In this document: piece by piece, positions 1-8,367 of the stretch
How positions within the stretch are numbered: position 1 is the first letter of the stretch
Layout: the number at the start of each line of letters is the position of its first letter
Source of the DNA: Clostridiales bacterium
GTDB taxonomy: Bacteria; Bacillota; DSM-16504; Desulfitibacterales; JAICDB01
Length of the DNA: 64,000 nucleotides
NCBI GenBank assembly: GCA_020063565.1
Contig: JAICDB010000001.1
Coordinates: 33,056-97,055, forward strand
Direction: 5' to 3'
Position numbers and translations under genes: made by a program
The notes under the pieces: model-generated
Told to the model about the DNA's origin: nothing
Database searches by the model: none
What the model saw: only the letters and a program-made list of their open reading frames with translations

Positions 1-156
1 TAAGCTGGCTGCAGTAAAAAAGCTTGTTAAAGAAGCAGTAGAAACCTTTGAAATGCGTTAAACTGGATTATATTTTTATTTACAATTTGTTGATAAATAT
101 GTGATATTTAAGTTTTATCATAGTATTCAGCAAAAATTTTTCTGGGAGGAGAGAAA

Positions 157-615
157 ATGAGAAAGATATTACTTTTATTGTTTTTAGGTGCATTTCTTTT
201 AGCTGTTTCTCCGGACGCTTTTGCTCACGGTAGCGGGGCAGGTAAAGTTGATGCTCCGACATATGTACGCCAGGCTATTGCATTTCTGGAGGGAACGAAC
301 AATGCGGAAGCAGCTGAAGAGCGAGTACAGGATGCCCTTATACTCCAAAGTGATGAGGTAAACCCGGAGTTGCTTAGAAAAGCTCAGCAGGCATTAAAAA
401 ATTCCAATTTGGAAGAGGCCAAGGCACTGCTGGTAAAAGCTCTGGGCAAAGAACCTGCTGAGGCGGAAGAACTGGCGCTTCGTACTGGTTTTAAAGGTAG
501 CTTGGTAAATTATGCGGCGCTGTTCTTGGGAGCAATATTTATTGTAAGCGGAGTGTTAATAATTAGAAAGAAGACACCAGCTGTCCGGAAAGAAGGAGGG
601 ATTATTGGTGGCTAA
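157..615 (+). CDS. Small exported / C-terminally membrane-anchored helical protein, unknown function
   Basis: 152-aa ORF with a GGGAGGAG RBS just upstream of ATG 157. The N-terminus MRKILLLLFLGAFLLAVSPDAFA is signal-peptide-like, and there is a hydrophobic helix AALFLGAIFIVSGVLII near the C-terminus. The 3' end overlaps the start of the cytochrome b gene. Confidence 0.6.
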   Translation: MRKILLLLFLGAFLLAVSPDAFAHGSGAGKVDAPTYVRQAIAFLEGTNNAEAAEERVQDALILQSDEVNPELLRKAQQALKNSNLEEAKALLVKALGKEPAEAEELALRTGFKGSLVNYAALFLGAIFIVSGVLIIRKKTPAVRKEGGIIGG

Positions 616-2056
616 AGATAGAGCGTTGGAAAACTCAGACCGGGGATTAAGAACCTGGATCAGGGAACGACTTGCTATGGGAAATTTAGATTATCAAGTA
701 CCGGGGTATGCCAATACCTTAGCTTTTTCTTTGGGGGGAGTTACATTAATCAGTTTTTTAATCTTGGTAATTTCAGGGATCATATTAGCCCAGTTTTATA
801 AACCTGATCCAGCTGCTGCAAACGGCAGTCTCAGGATGCTGATGACGCAAATTAACATGGGGAACATATTGCGGGGAGTACACTTCTGGGCTGCTCAAGT
901 AGCAATGGTTACTTTAATATTACATTTACTGAGGGTTTTTATTTACGGCTCTTATAAACGTCCTAGAGAAATCAACTGGCTTATAGGAGTAGGATTATTC
1001 TTCGGTATGATAGGATTGTATTATACGGGAACTGTTCTGAAATGGGACCAGGAAGCTCTTGAGGCTTTAGCCCATACAAAGGAAGTAGCCGAGCTGGCAG
1101 GTGTTTTTGGTTTGTTTTTTACTGATAAATTTGCTCAAGGGGCTCATCTTTTAACAAGGATGTATTCTATACACATCAGTTTGTTACCGCTATTAGTAGT
1201 AGGATTACTTACAATTCACCTGCTGCTGGTAAAAGGATTAAAGATTTCACCGTTACCCTGGGATAATGTAAGCAGCGGTGATAACCAAAGTTTTTCTCAG
1301 CACCTTGTTAACTTGAGCGGTTATGGTTTTATACTGTTAGGAGTTATAACAATACTGGCAGTTTTATTGCCTCCCGAATTAGGGCCTGTTCCGGTAGAAG
1401 GAATTGAAGCTACAAAACCTCCCTGGCTCTTTTTAGGTATCTTTTCCATTGAAAATTGGACCGGCTTACAGGGGCTAATTTGGGCAAGTGTTCTTCTGGC
1501 GCTGGGGCTTGTGGCCGTTCCCTTCATTGACCGTGCTGCTACTAACAATATTAAACAACGTAAACCTATAGTTGGCGCCGGTATATTGATAGTTATTTTT
1601 GCTTTGGCTTTAACGGTTAACGGCTATGTAGCCGAGCCGGAGCAGCATTTAGATATGGGAGAAGAAGTAGAGCAAGTAAATACAGATTTAGACAACCAGT
1701 CTCCTGCTTCTGAGGATTCAGCTGAAAAAACGGCCGAAGAAGAAATAGATTCTGTACTGGCGCCTGAAATTAAAAAACTAAATAACGCTCTGGTTGTTAT
1801 GGAAGAAATTGAGAAAGCTGTAAAGGCAAATGATTTTCACGAAGCGGTGGAAAAAGCAGGGGAACTGGATGAGATACTAGACGCCATAAATGCGCAAATA
1901 GCAGCAAAGGACAAGGAAAGGGCGGCAGATCTAAAGGAACACGTTCATGAACTGGTTGAAATACTGGAAAAGCCGCAACCCGATCTTGAGGAAGTGAATG
2001 ATTTGATTGTCCATACTGAAGAAAGTGTTGAAAAGGCAGTAAGCTTATTTGAGTGA
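605..2056 (+). CDS. Di-haem cytochrome b (b6 + subunit IV-like fusion) with a long acidic C-terminal extension
   Basis: 483-aa ORF; GGAGG at 595-599; start TTG 605 or GTG 608. There are two His pairs in hydrophobic helices: VHFWAAQVAMVTLILH (i/i+14) and IHISLLPLLVVGLLTIH (i/i+15, b6-type spacing). PPWLFL sits where bc1/b6f proteins carry PEWY. The last ~130 aa are E/D/K-rich. Confidence 0.75.
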   Translation: MVAKDRALENSDRGLRTWIRERLAMGNLDYQVPGYANTLAFSLGGVTLISFLILVISGIILAQFYKPDPAAANGSLRMLMTQINMGNILRGVHFWAAQVAMVTLILHLLRVFIYGSYKRPREINWLIGVGLFFGMIGLYYTGTVLKWDQEALEALAHTKEVAELAGVFGLFFTDKFAQGAHLLTRMYSIHISLLPLLVVGLLTIHLLLVKGLKISPLPWDNVSSGDNQSFSQHLVNLSGYGFILLGVITILAVLLPPELGPVPVEGIEATKPPWLFLGIFSIENWTGLQGLIWASVLLALGLVAVPFIDRAATNNIKQRKPIVGAGILIVIFALALTVNGYVAEPEQHLDMGEEVEQVNTDLDNQSPASEDSAEKTAEEEIDSVLAPEIKKLNNALVVMEEIEKAVKANDFHEAVEKAGELDEILDAINAQIAAKDKERAADLKEHVHELVEILEKPQPDLEEVNDLIVHTEESVEKAVSLFE

Positions 2057-2070
2057 TGATAGAAATGAAA

Positions 2071-2107
2071 GAACCTTGCAGGTTGACACTGCAGGGTTCT
2101 CATTTTC
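2071..2107. terminator. Bidirectional intrinsic terminator between the cytochrome b gene and the convergent histidine kinase gene
   Basis: Inverted repeat GAACCTTGCAG (2071-2081) / CTGCAGGGTTC (2089-2099), followed by CATTTTC. Confidence 0.6.
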
Positions 2108-2141
2108 TACAGTAAAGGATGTTTCGTATATTCACTAAAAT

Positions 2142-3560
2142 TTATTTTTCATTTCGCCAGAGTGGTAGAGTGAAGTAAAAAGTACTTCCCTGGCCTAATT
2201 CACTTTTTACACCAATTGAACCTTTGTGGGCTTCAACGAGCATTTTTGTAATGGCGAGTCCGAGGCCGGCCCCTCCCTCTTCACGTTTCCTGGTTTTATC
2301 TATCTTGTAAAAGCGATCCCAGATATATTCCTGTTCTTCTTTTGCAATTCCGGGTCCGAAATCTTTAATCCAGACAGTAGCTTCTGAAAGGTCTTTTTTG
2401 ATACCTATTATTATTGCACTTTTTGGTGGGCTAAACTTAATTGCATTACCCACAAGATTTAAAATAACCTGTTTAATTCGGTACGGGTCTGCTAACACGT
2501 AAGTTTTACCCGTAAAATTCAGTTCGGGTCTTAAGTCTTTTTTTAGAAATTGAGGTTCTTTTTCTGCCAGTATTTCTAAAATTAACTCCTGTAAATCTAC
2601 CTTTTGCAATTCCAGTTTGATATCCCCGTGTTCAATTCGGGACAGTTCCAGCATATCGTTAATTAAGCCATTAACCCTCTCGATTTCTTTAATGGATAGA
2701 GAAACGTATTTTTTTTCTTCCTGTGGGTTGAAGGCTTTATCGTCAATTCCCTGCAGAACACCGCTTATAAAAGAGATAGGGGTTCTCAGTTCATGGGAGA
2801 TGTTGGCGATAAAATCTTTACGCATTTTTTCCGCTTTGGCCAATTGACCGGCCATGTGATTAAAACTTTGGGCCAATGCGCCCAGTTCATCTTTGGATTT
2901 GACAGTTACACTACCGGAAAAATCTCCTTTGGCGATTTTAGAGGCTACCCTGCTCATATCTTGAAGTGGGCGGCTAAAATATTTGCTAAGGAAATAGGTT
3001 AATATGGTAGCAATCAATGCTGCCAAAATGATGACAATGGCACTTAAACGACGCAGTTGGATGGAAGCGGCGGCCACATCATACATGGGGGAATGCAATG
3101 AAACTCCTCCGACTACTTTACCGTTTATAGTCAGTGGAACGGCAACTGACATCAAGTTAATTTTTGGTTCGGAGGTAATTTTACTAACCGTTTTTCCCTT
3201 GAGAACTTTATTAATATCTTGTTCGGTGAAATAGTCTTCAGTTAGATGTGAAGTGAAGGCCTCTAAGCTTTGGTTTACCTGTTGTTTGTCTGCCTCAACA
3301 GGAAAAATGCTAATTTCGGAATTATATCTGTGAGCTATTCCTTTAATTTCTTTTGTTAATTCTTTTTTAGGAATGTTTCTTTCTAGATATGTTTCAGTTA
3401 AAGAGTTAATTTCTTTTCCTGCTTTAATTAGTCTTTTTTCCTTTTCTGAGGTATAAAAGCTCGTATATACGTAAGAAAGAAGAAATAATAAAATAATTAC
3501 TGTAATTAAAATTACGGCTAAAGAAGATAGCAGCAGGCGGCCAAAGATTCCTTTAATCAT
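2142..3560 (-). CDS. Sensor histidine kinase (two TM helices, extracytoplasmic loop, HAMP, HisKA, HATPase_c)
   Basis: 472-aa ORF with H-box SHELRTPISFI, N-box LVGNAIKFSP and G-boxes DFGPGI and GGAGLGLAI. It overlaps the upstream response regulator gene by 8 nt. Confidence 0.9.
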   Translation of the reverse strand: MIKGIFGRLLLSSLAVILITVIILLFLLSYVYTSFYTSEKEKRLIKAGKEINSLTETYLERNIPKKELTKEIKGIAHRYNSEISIFPVEADKQQVNQSLEAFTSHLTEDYFTEQDINKVLKGKTVSKITSEPKINLMSVAVPLTINGKVVGGVSLHSPMYDVAAASIQLRRLSAIVIILAALIATILTYFLSKYFSRPLQDMSRVASKIAKGDFSGSVTVKSKDELGALAQSFNHMAGQLAKAEKMRKDFIANISHELRTPISFISGVLQGIDDKAFNPQEEKKYVSLSIKEIERVNGLINDMLELSRIEHGDIKLELQKVDLQELILEILAEKEPQFLKKDLRPELNFTGKTYVLADPYRIKQVILNLVGNAIKFSPPKSAIIIGIKKDLSEATVWIKDFGPGIAKEEQEYIWDRFYKIDKTRKREEGGAGLGLAITKMLVEAHKGSIGVKSELGQGSTFYFTLPLWRNEK

Positions 3561-4242
3561 TATTCTTCACCTCAAATTTATAACCGACACCCCAGACGGT
3601 TTTTAACTTGCCGGACTGGTTATGGGGTTTTAATTTTTTTCTAATTCGTTCAATATGAACATCCACAGTTCTGGTTGACCCCGCAAAATCATATCCCCAA
3701 ACCTGATCCAACAACTGCTGTCTGGTAAATACTTTATTTGTATTACAGGCCAGAAAGTATAAAAGTTCCAGCTCTTTAGGCGGTAAAATTATTTCCTCTT
3801 CACCAACAGTTACGGTATAGGTGTCAGCATTGATTGTTATGCCGGGAAATACTAATTTATTGAGCTCTATACCTGTAGGGCGAAAGCGCCTGAGGACTGC
3901 TCTGACTCTAGCTACCAGTTCCTTGAAATTAATAGGTTTTACTACATAATCGTCAGCGCCTAGTTCCAGTCCTAAAACCTTTTCAAATTCTTCATCTTTC
4001 GCAGTTATCATAATTATGGGGATATCGCTGATTTTCCTGATTTCACGGCATACCTGCCAGCCATCAAGTCCAGGCAACATTATATCTAGTAAAACCAAAT
4101 CAGGAGCTTCTTCCTGAAAAAGCTTTAACCCTTTTAACCCATCATGTGAAATTGATACTTCAAAACCTTCTTTTTTAAGGTAAAGCTTAATTAGGTGGCA
4201 CAGATTTTCAGAGTCTTCAATTACTAAAATCTTTTGGTTCAT
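3553..4242 (-). CDS. OmpR-family response regulator
   Basis: 229-aa ORF. Receiver motifs are KILVIEDS and DLVLLDIMLPGLDG; the winged-helix C-terminus is VWGYDFAGSTRTVDVHIERIRKKL. Confidence 0.9.
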   Translation of the reverse strand: MNQKILVIEDSENLCHLIKLYLKKEGFEVSISHDGLKGLKLFQEEAPDLVLLDIMLPGLDGWQVCREIRKISDIPIIMITAKDEEFEKVLGLELGADDYVVKPINFKELVARVRAVLRRFRPTGIELNKLVFPGITINADTYTVTVGEEEIILPPKELELLYFLACNTNKVFTRQQLLDQVWGYDFAGSTRTVDVHIERIRKKLKPHNQSGKLKTVWGVGYKFEVKNND

Positions 4243-4301
4243 GACAGCAATGCTCCCTATATTTTTTGTTAAGAGTATTGTATAATTTTTTATCTACAAA
4301 T

Positions 4302-4335
4302 AAAAGACGGCAACATTTACAAGTTGCCGTCTTTT
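4302..4335 (-). terminator. Intrinsic terminator downstream of the Met/Gly-rich peptide gene
   Basis: Perfect 13-bp inverted repeat AAAAGACGGCAAC / GTTGCCGTCTTTT with a 8-nt loop and flanking A/T runs. Confidence 0.7.
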
Positions 4336-4343
4336 AAAGGTTT

Positions 4344-4613
4344 TTACCAGCCCATCATACCGGATCCCATCATACCGGATCCCATCATTCCATATCCGCC
4401 CATCATGCCATTGCAGTAGTCATACATCTGACGGAAGAAATCCTCATCATATTCAAGTCCTCTTTTTTCTGCAATCTGTTTTTGCAGCTCGTACATCTGC
4501 TGATAGAGCGCTTTAAGCTCTTCATTTTGCGTAGTATTGTCTGCTGCAAAAACGGGTACTGCCATCACTACTAAAAGCGCTACTATCAGTAAACCAATTA
4601 ATTTTCTTTTCAT
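4344..4613 (-). CDS. Small secreted protein with a helical LxxLYQQ segment and a C-terminal Met/Gly-rich repeat tail (GMMGS x3)
   Basis: 89-aa ORF with signal peptide MKRKLIGLLIVALLVVMAVPVFA and GGAGGAA RBS. The C-terminus is NGMMGGYGMMGSGMMGSGMMGW. Confidence 0.7.
   Translation of the reverse strand: MKRKLIGLLIVALLVVMAVPVFAADNTTQNEELKALYQQMYELQKQIAEKRGLEYDEDFFRQMYDYCNGMMGGYGMMGSGMMGSGMMGW
4351..4410 (-). repeat. 15-nt in-frame tandem repeat encoding the GMMGS tail
   Basis: CCCATCATACCGGAT occurs twice perfectly (4351-4365, 4366-4380), followed by two degenerate copies. Confidence 0.8.
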
Positions 4614-4787
4614 AATTGATTCCTCCTTTGAGAAAAGTTTATGTTTATATCTTGCTTATAGTATAGCCGCGATTTTTGACAAATCTGTGAAACAAAAATG
4701 AAGATTTTTTGAACTTTTTTCCATAATGAGATTTAGTTTGAAAGTTTTAATAACAAGAAATTATTAATTAGTGAAAGGAAGAATTTT

Positions 4788-4892
4788 ATGGACCTTAACC
4801 GCTTAACTCAAAAATCTCTAGAAGCCCTGCAGCAAGCAGAAACAAAGGCTTTACGGTACGGTAAAAGAATATATAGACTGCTGGCTTTATAA
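4788..4892 (+). pseudogene. Truncated remnant of a Clp-ATPase (ClpB-like) N-terminal domain
   Basis: 34-codon ORF with a GAAAGGAAG RBS. MDLNRLTQKSLEALQQAETKALRYG matches the start of the Clp_N repeat of ClpB-type chaperones. The sequence then diverges (KRIYRLLAL) and stops, and no remainder of the roughly 860-aa protein follows. Confidence 0.5.
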
Positions 4893-4897
4893 AACTA

Positions 4898-4924
4898 AAG
4901 TGCATCTCAATGTAGATGCACTTT
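4898..4924 (-). terminator. Hairpin terminator immediately after the 717-aa gene
   Basis: AAAGTGCATCT / AGATGCACTTT inverted repeat with a 5-nt loop; there is a T-run on the minus strand. Confidence 0.55.
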
Positions 4925-7076
4925 ACTGTTTCTCTTCCAAAAGAAAAAGTGTTAATAATAATGACTTTTGCAGTAGCTCGCCCCGGTATATTGCTTCATG
5001 GGGTGTATAGAGATTCGAACTGGCAGGAGACAGGCCGCAAATCACCGGAATATCCTTAGGAACCTCTCCTGCTGCAGAGGGTAATAAGCTCGATTCAATT
5101 TCAAAGGGCAGTTTCCAGGCTTCGCTGATGGTTTTAAGTTTTGAGATTATAGCTTTATTATTACCGTTCCTGAAGAGGGGTGGGCGCTCCTCTATTTTTT
5201 CAACATAGGAACGAATGCTTTTAGAATTTGCTGTCAATATTTTTTTAATTTGACATTCTATATCGTCTGCCAGTTTTGAATCGAGATACGTTAGATATAC
5301 CATGGCGCGAACCCTGTGGGGGAGCAATATGCTGTATCTTTCCGAATGAACATCCTGCACCGCTACAGATAATTTTTTGTCTTGCTGACTCAGGTTTACA
5401 ATTTTTTCAACCCTTTGTAAAAACCATGTTAAAACATCCACCTGTCTGCTGCGAAGGCCGATTCGCAAAGGATCTCCTTCAATAAGAATACTGAACTTTC
5501 GTGACCCGCGACGTTGATTTACAATTTTTCCGCCACGGTAGCCAGGCTGAAGAACCATAACTTGTTTGGCATTTTTTGCTGCCTCACGTAAAATCGAACC
5601 GCTGTATCGCATGCCCCTGCCTTCGTCTGAATAAACAAAAACTCCCACTTTCGTGGTTCCGAGCTGCTTAACATAGCGTAGCGCGCTTAGTGCTTGGAGT
5701 ATACAGACAATACCTGCGCGGCTCGAGGCAATTCCTTCACCGTAAAGTAGTTCGGGATCCCGGCGAAAAGGAATGGGATACCCTTCCTTATCTTTGGGCA
5801 CGTCTACAGGTACCACAAGCAATGTACCACCACTAAATCCTGCCTTTGTCTCCCAGGTCCATGTTGACCTCATATTAGTGAATTCCTCTACAGGACTAAA
5901 TCCCTGTTTTTTTAAGCGTTCATCAAGTTTTCTGACGACAGCGCTTATTCCCACCGGGTCGTTAGTTCTGCTTGGTAGATTTGTCCAAAACTTTAAGTCC
6001 TTTTCCATCTTATCTCTATTTTCAGTTAAAAAATTAAAAATAGCTGCTTCTTTATTATTAAGTGAATCATTGATAGCAGGGATTTTTTTGTCGCCAAAAT
6101 AACGTTTAGCTGCAATATCAATTAATCTATTAACGAGCGCTGTATAATCTAAACCTACTTTCTCTGCTGCATAAACAAAAGATCCTGTAAGGCCGAGACT
6201 GGCCATAGAATTTACTTCTAAAATATACGGATTACCTTCTTTATCTATACGAAAATCTACCCGAGCGCTATCAAAACAGCCGAGGGCTTTGAAAGTAGTA
6301 ATTGCAAGAGATTGGATGTGTTTAGTTTCTTGCGGTGAAAGGGGCGCAGGGCAGATTTTTTCAACCCTATTTTTACTTATGCCTTTTTTATCTTCATAAG
6401 TAAAAATTTTCTCTCCTTCGCTAAAAATTAGTTCAACAGGAGGTAAAGCTTCCACGGGGTCGTTGCCCATTAAAGCCACATTTACTTCCCGTCCATCAAT
6501 ATATTCTTCTACTAAAGTAGGTTTTTGAAATTTTTCATAGATATCTTTTACTCCATTACGAAGTTCACTTTCATTATGAACAATTCTCAGTCCAAAGGAA
6601 ACAGCTTCGTCTTTTGGTTTAACAATTAAAGGATAAGTCAAATCTTCAGTTAATGGTGAATCCGGCTTATCAAGAACAGTGAATCTTGGCGTGGGTAATC
6701 CCTTTTGCATTAAAATCATTTTAGTTACAACTTTATCCAGTGCAATTGCATGGGTTGTAGGATCTGAGCCCACGTAGGGTATACCGAGCATTTCAAGTAT
6801 TCCTGGTACATGCATATAACGTCCTCGCCCTTGAATTCCATAGCTAAGGTTAAAAACAAGCCCGGGACGTTCTCCTGAGATAACGGAAGGCATAAATTCT
6901 TCCAGCTTGCGAATTATGTTTTTATCTCCTTCAAACGCTTTAACCTGATGCCCACCGACTTTTAGCGCCTCTTTGATTTTATTTATTGTTTCAAGACCAT
7001 ACTTCTCGCGATTGGGAACACCAAATAAATTGATAACTGCTTGGCTTTCACGATTGTAAATTATAGCAATTTTCAT
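4923..7076 (-). CDS. Fusion protein: D-Ala-D-Ala-ligase-like ATP-grasp domain plus C-terminal M20-peptidase-like domain with degenerate metal ligands
   Basis: 717-aa ORF. The N-terminal ~330 aa look like the Ddl/ATP-grasp family (MKIAIIYNRES..., YPLIVKPKDEAVSFGL, ILEVNSMASL). The C-terminal ~380 aa resemble M20/ArgE-type hydrolases (LYGEGIASSRAG, VYSDEGRG, YTPHEAI). Confidence 0.65.
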   Translation of the reverse strand: MKIAIIYNRESQAVINLFGVPNREKYGLETINKIKEALKVGGHQVKAFEGDKNIIRKLEEFMPSVISGERPGLVFNLSYGIQGRGRYMHVPGILEMLGIPYVGSDPTTHAIALDKVVTKMILMQKGLPTPRFTVLDKPDSPLTEDLTYPLIVKPKDEAVSFGLRIVHNESELRNGVKDIYEKFQKPTLVEEYIDGREVNVALMGNDPVEALPPVELIFSEGEKIFTYEDKKGISKNRVEKICPAPLSPQETKHIQSLAITTFKALGCFDSARVDFRIDKEGNPYILEVNSMASLGLTGSFVYAAEKVGLDYTALVNRLIDIAAKRYFGDKKIPAINDSLNNKEAAIFNFLTENRDKMEKDLKFWTNLPSRTNDPVGISAVVRKLDERLKKQGFSPVEEFTNMRSTWTWETKAGFSGGTLLVVPVDVPKDKEGYPIPFRRDPELLYGEGIASSRAGIVCILQALSALRYVKQLGTTKVGVFVYSDEGRGMRYSGSILREAAKNAKQVMVLQPGYRGGKIVNQRRGSRKFSILIEGDPLRIGLRSRQVDVLTWFLQRVEKIVNLSQQDKKLSVAVQDVHSERYSILLPHRVRAMVYLTYLDSKLADDIECQIKKILTANSKSIRSYVEKIEERPPLFRNGNNKAIISKLKTISEAWKLPFEIESSLLPSAAGEVPKDIPVICGLSPASSNLYTPHEAIYRGELLQKSLLLTLFLLEEKQ

Positions 7077-7296
7077 TCCTTCACCTCTGACATAATTTAT
7101 AAAAGTATTATTAGCAAATAAGAAGTATTCGCTAAAAGTATTTTTTCTCCTGCATTACTCAAAAATTAATATTTAATAATCAGAAACTAGGTATACTTGC
7201 AATTTTTATGAAAGAAAATAATAGTTACGAGAAGGCTAAGAATAAAAATGAGCTAGCTTAACAGTAGCTGTTAAACTAGCTCGACTTTTTTCTGTA

Positions 7297-8367
7297 TTAA
7301 AAACCAGATATAATTTCATACAGCGTATTACGCTGAGCGGGTTTTTTTCCGGCATCCCTGATTACATTAATAATCTCATCCTTAGTCATGCGGAAGGAAG
7401 CTCCTGCTGCTTGAACCACATTTTCCTCCAGCATGGTACTACCGAAATCGTTGGCGCCAAAGCTTAAAGCAATCTGCGCCACTTTGGGTCCCTGGGTAAC
7501 CCAGGATACCTGGATATTTGGGATGTTATCAAGATAGATTCTGGAGACCGCCAGCATTTTCAAGTATTCCCAGGAGGATTTTTCCGTTCCCCCAAGGGCG
7601 GTGTTAGCTGGTTGGAAACTCCAGGGGATAAATGCGGTAAAGCCACCAGTTTTATCCTGCAAGCTGCGAATAGCTTCCAGATGGGTTATTCGTTGCGTAA
7701 ATGTTTCAATGCTCCCGAACATCATGGTGGCTGTTGTTTTTAGACCAACATTATGTGCTGTTTCCATAACTTTTAGCCAGTTTTTTGCATCTACCTTTCC
7801 CGGACTTAATTTTTGTCGAACTTCATCAGCTAAAATTTCTGCTCCTCCGCCTGGGATTGAATCCAGTCCGGCTTCCACCAGCTTTTGCAATACTTCTTCT
7901 ATGGAAAGATTTGATTTCTTGCTCAAATAAAAAATTTCCACAGGAGAAAGACAATGAAGATGTATATTATATCTTTTTTTAATTGCGCGGAATAACTCTA
8001 TGAAGTAGTCTAAATCAAGATTAGGGTGAAGTCCACCCTGCATTAAAATTTGAGTGCCTCCCAAGGCAATAGTTTCCTCAATTTTTTCAAATATTTCTTC
8101 TGTTTCAAGTATATAGGATTCAGGGTGATGTACAGGACGGTAAAAAGCACAAAACGCACAGGCGGATTCACAAACATTGGTATAATTTATATTCCTGTCC
8201 ACCACAAAGGTGACAGTTTCATTTTTATGTATTCTCTGTCTGATTCGGTCGGCAGCAAATCCGAGATCCAGTAAATTTCCTTTTTCCAGTAGAAGCAAAG
8301 CCTCACCGGCTTCAATTCTTTCTCCGGCTATTGCTTTGGTTAAAATTTTTTCAAGCAATGTTTTCAC
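7297..8367 (-). CDS. mqnC: Radical SAM enzyme of the MqnC/MqnE family, probably cyclic dehypoxanthine futalosine synthase
   Basis: 356-aa ORF with cluster motif NINYTNVCESACAFCAF and a GGGAEI motif; it is translationally coupled to mqnA. The assignment of MqnC versus MqnE rests on recalled motif similarity only. Confidence 0.6.
   Translation of the reverse strand: MKTLLEKILTKAIAGERIEAGEALLLLEKGNLLDLGFAADRIRQRIHKNETVTFVVDRNINYTNVCESACAFCAFYRPVHHPESYILETEEIFEKIEETIALGGTQILMQGGLHPNLDLDYFIELFRAIKKRYNIHLHCLSPVEIFYLSKKSNLSIEEVLQKLVEAGLDSIPGGGAEILADEVRQKLSPGKVDAKNWLKVMETAHNVGLKTTATMMFGSIETFTQRITHLEAIRSLQDKTGGFTAFIPWSFQPANTALGGTEKSSWEYLKMLAVSRIYLDNIPNIQVSWVTQGPKVAQIALSFGANDFGSTMLEENVVQAAGASFRMTKDEIINVIRDAGKKPAQRNTLYEIISGF

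Noticed and set aside
2-61. 3' end (19 codons plus stop) of a plus-strand gene entering from the left edge.
   Set aside because: It is too short to assign any function or even to be sure it is coding, so it is not listed as a feature.
4351-4410. The 15-nt tandem repeat could be a non-coding microsatellite.
   Set aside because: It is in frame inside an ORF supported by an RBS and a signal peptide, and it encodes the GMMGS tail. It is treated as a coding repeat.
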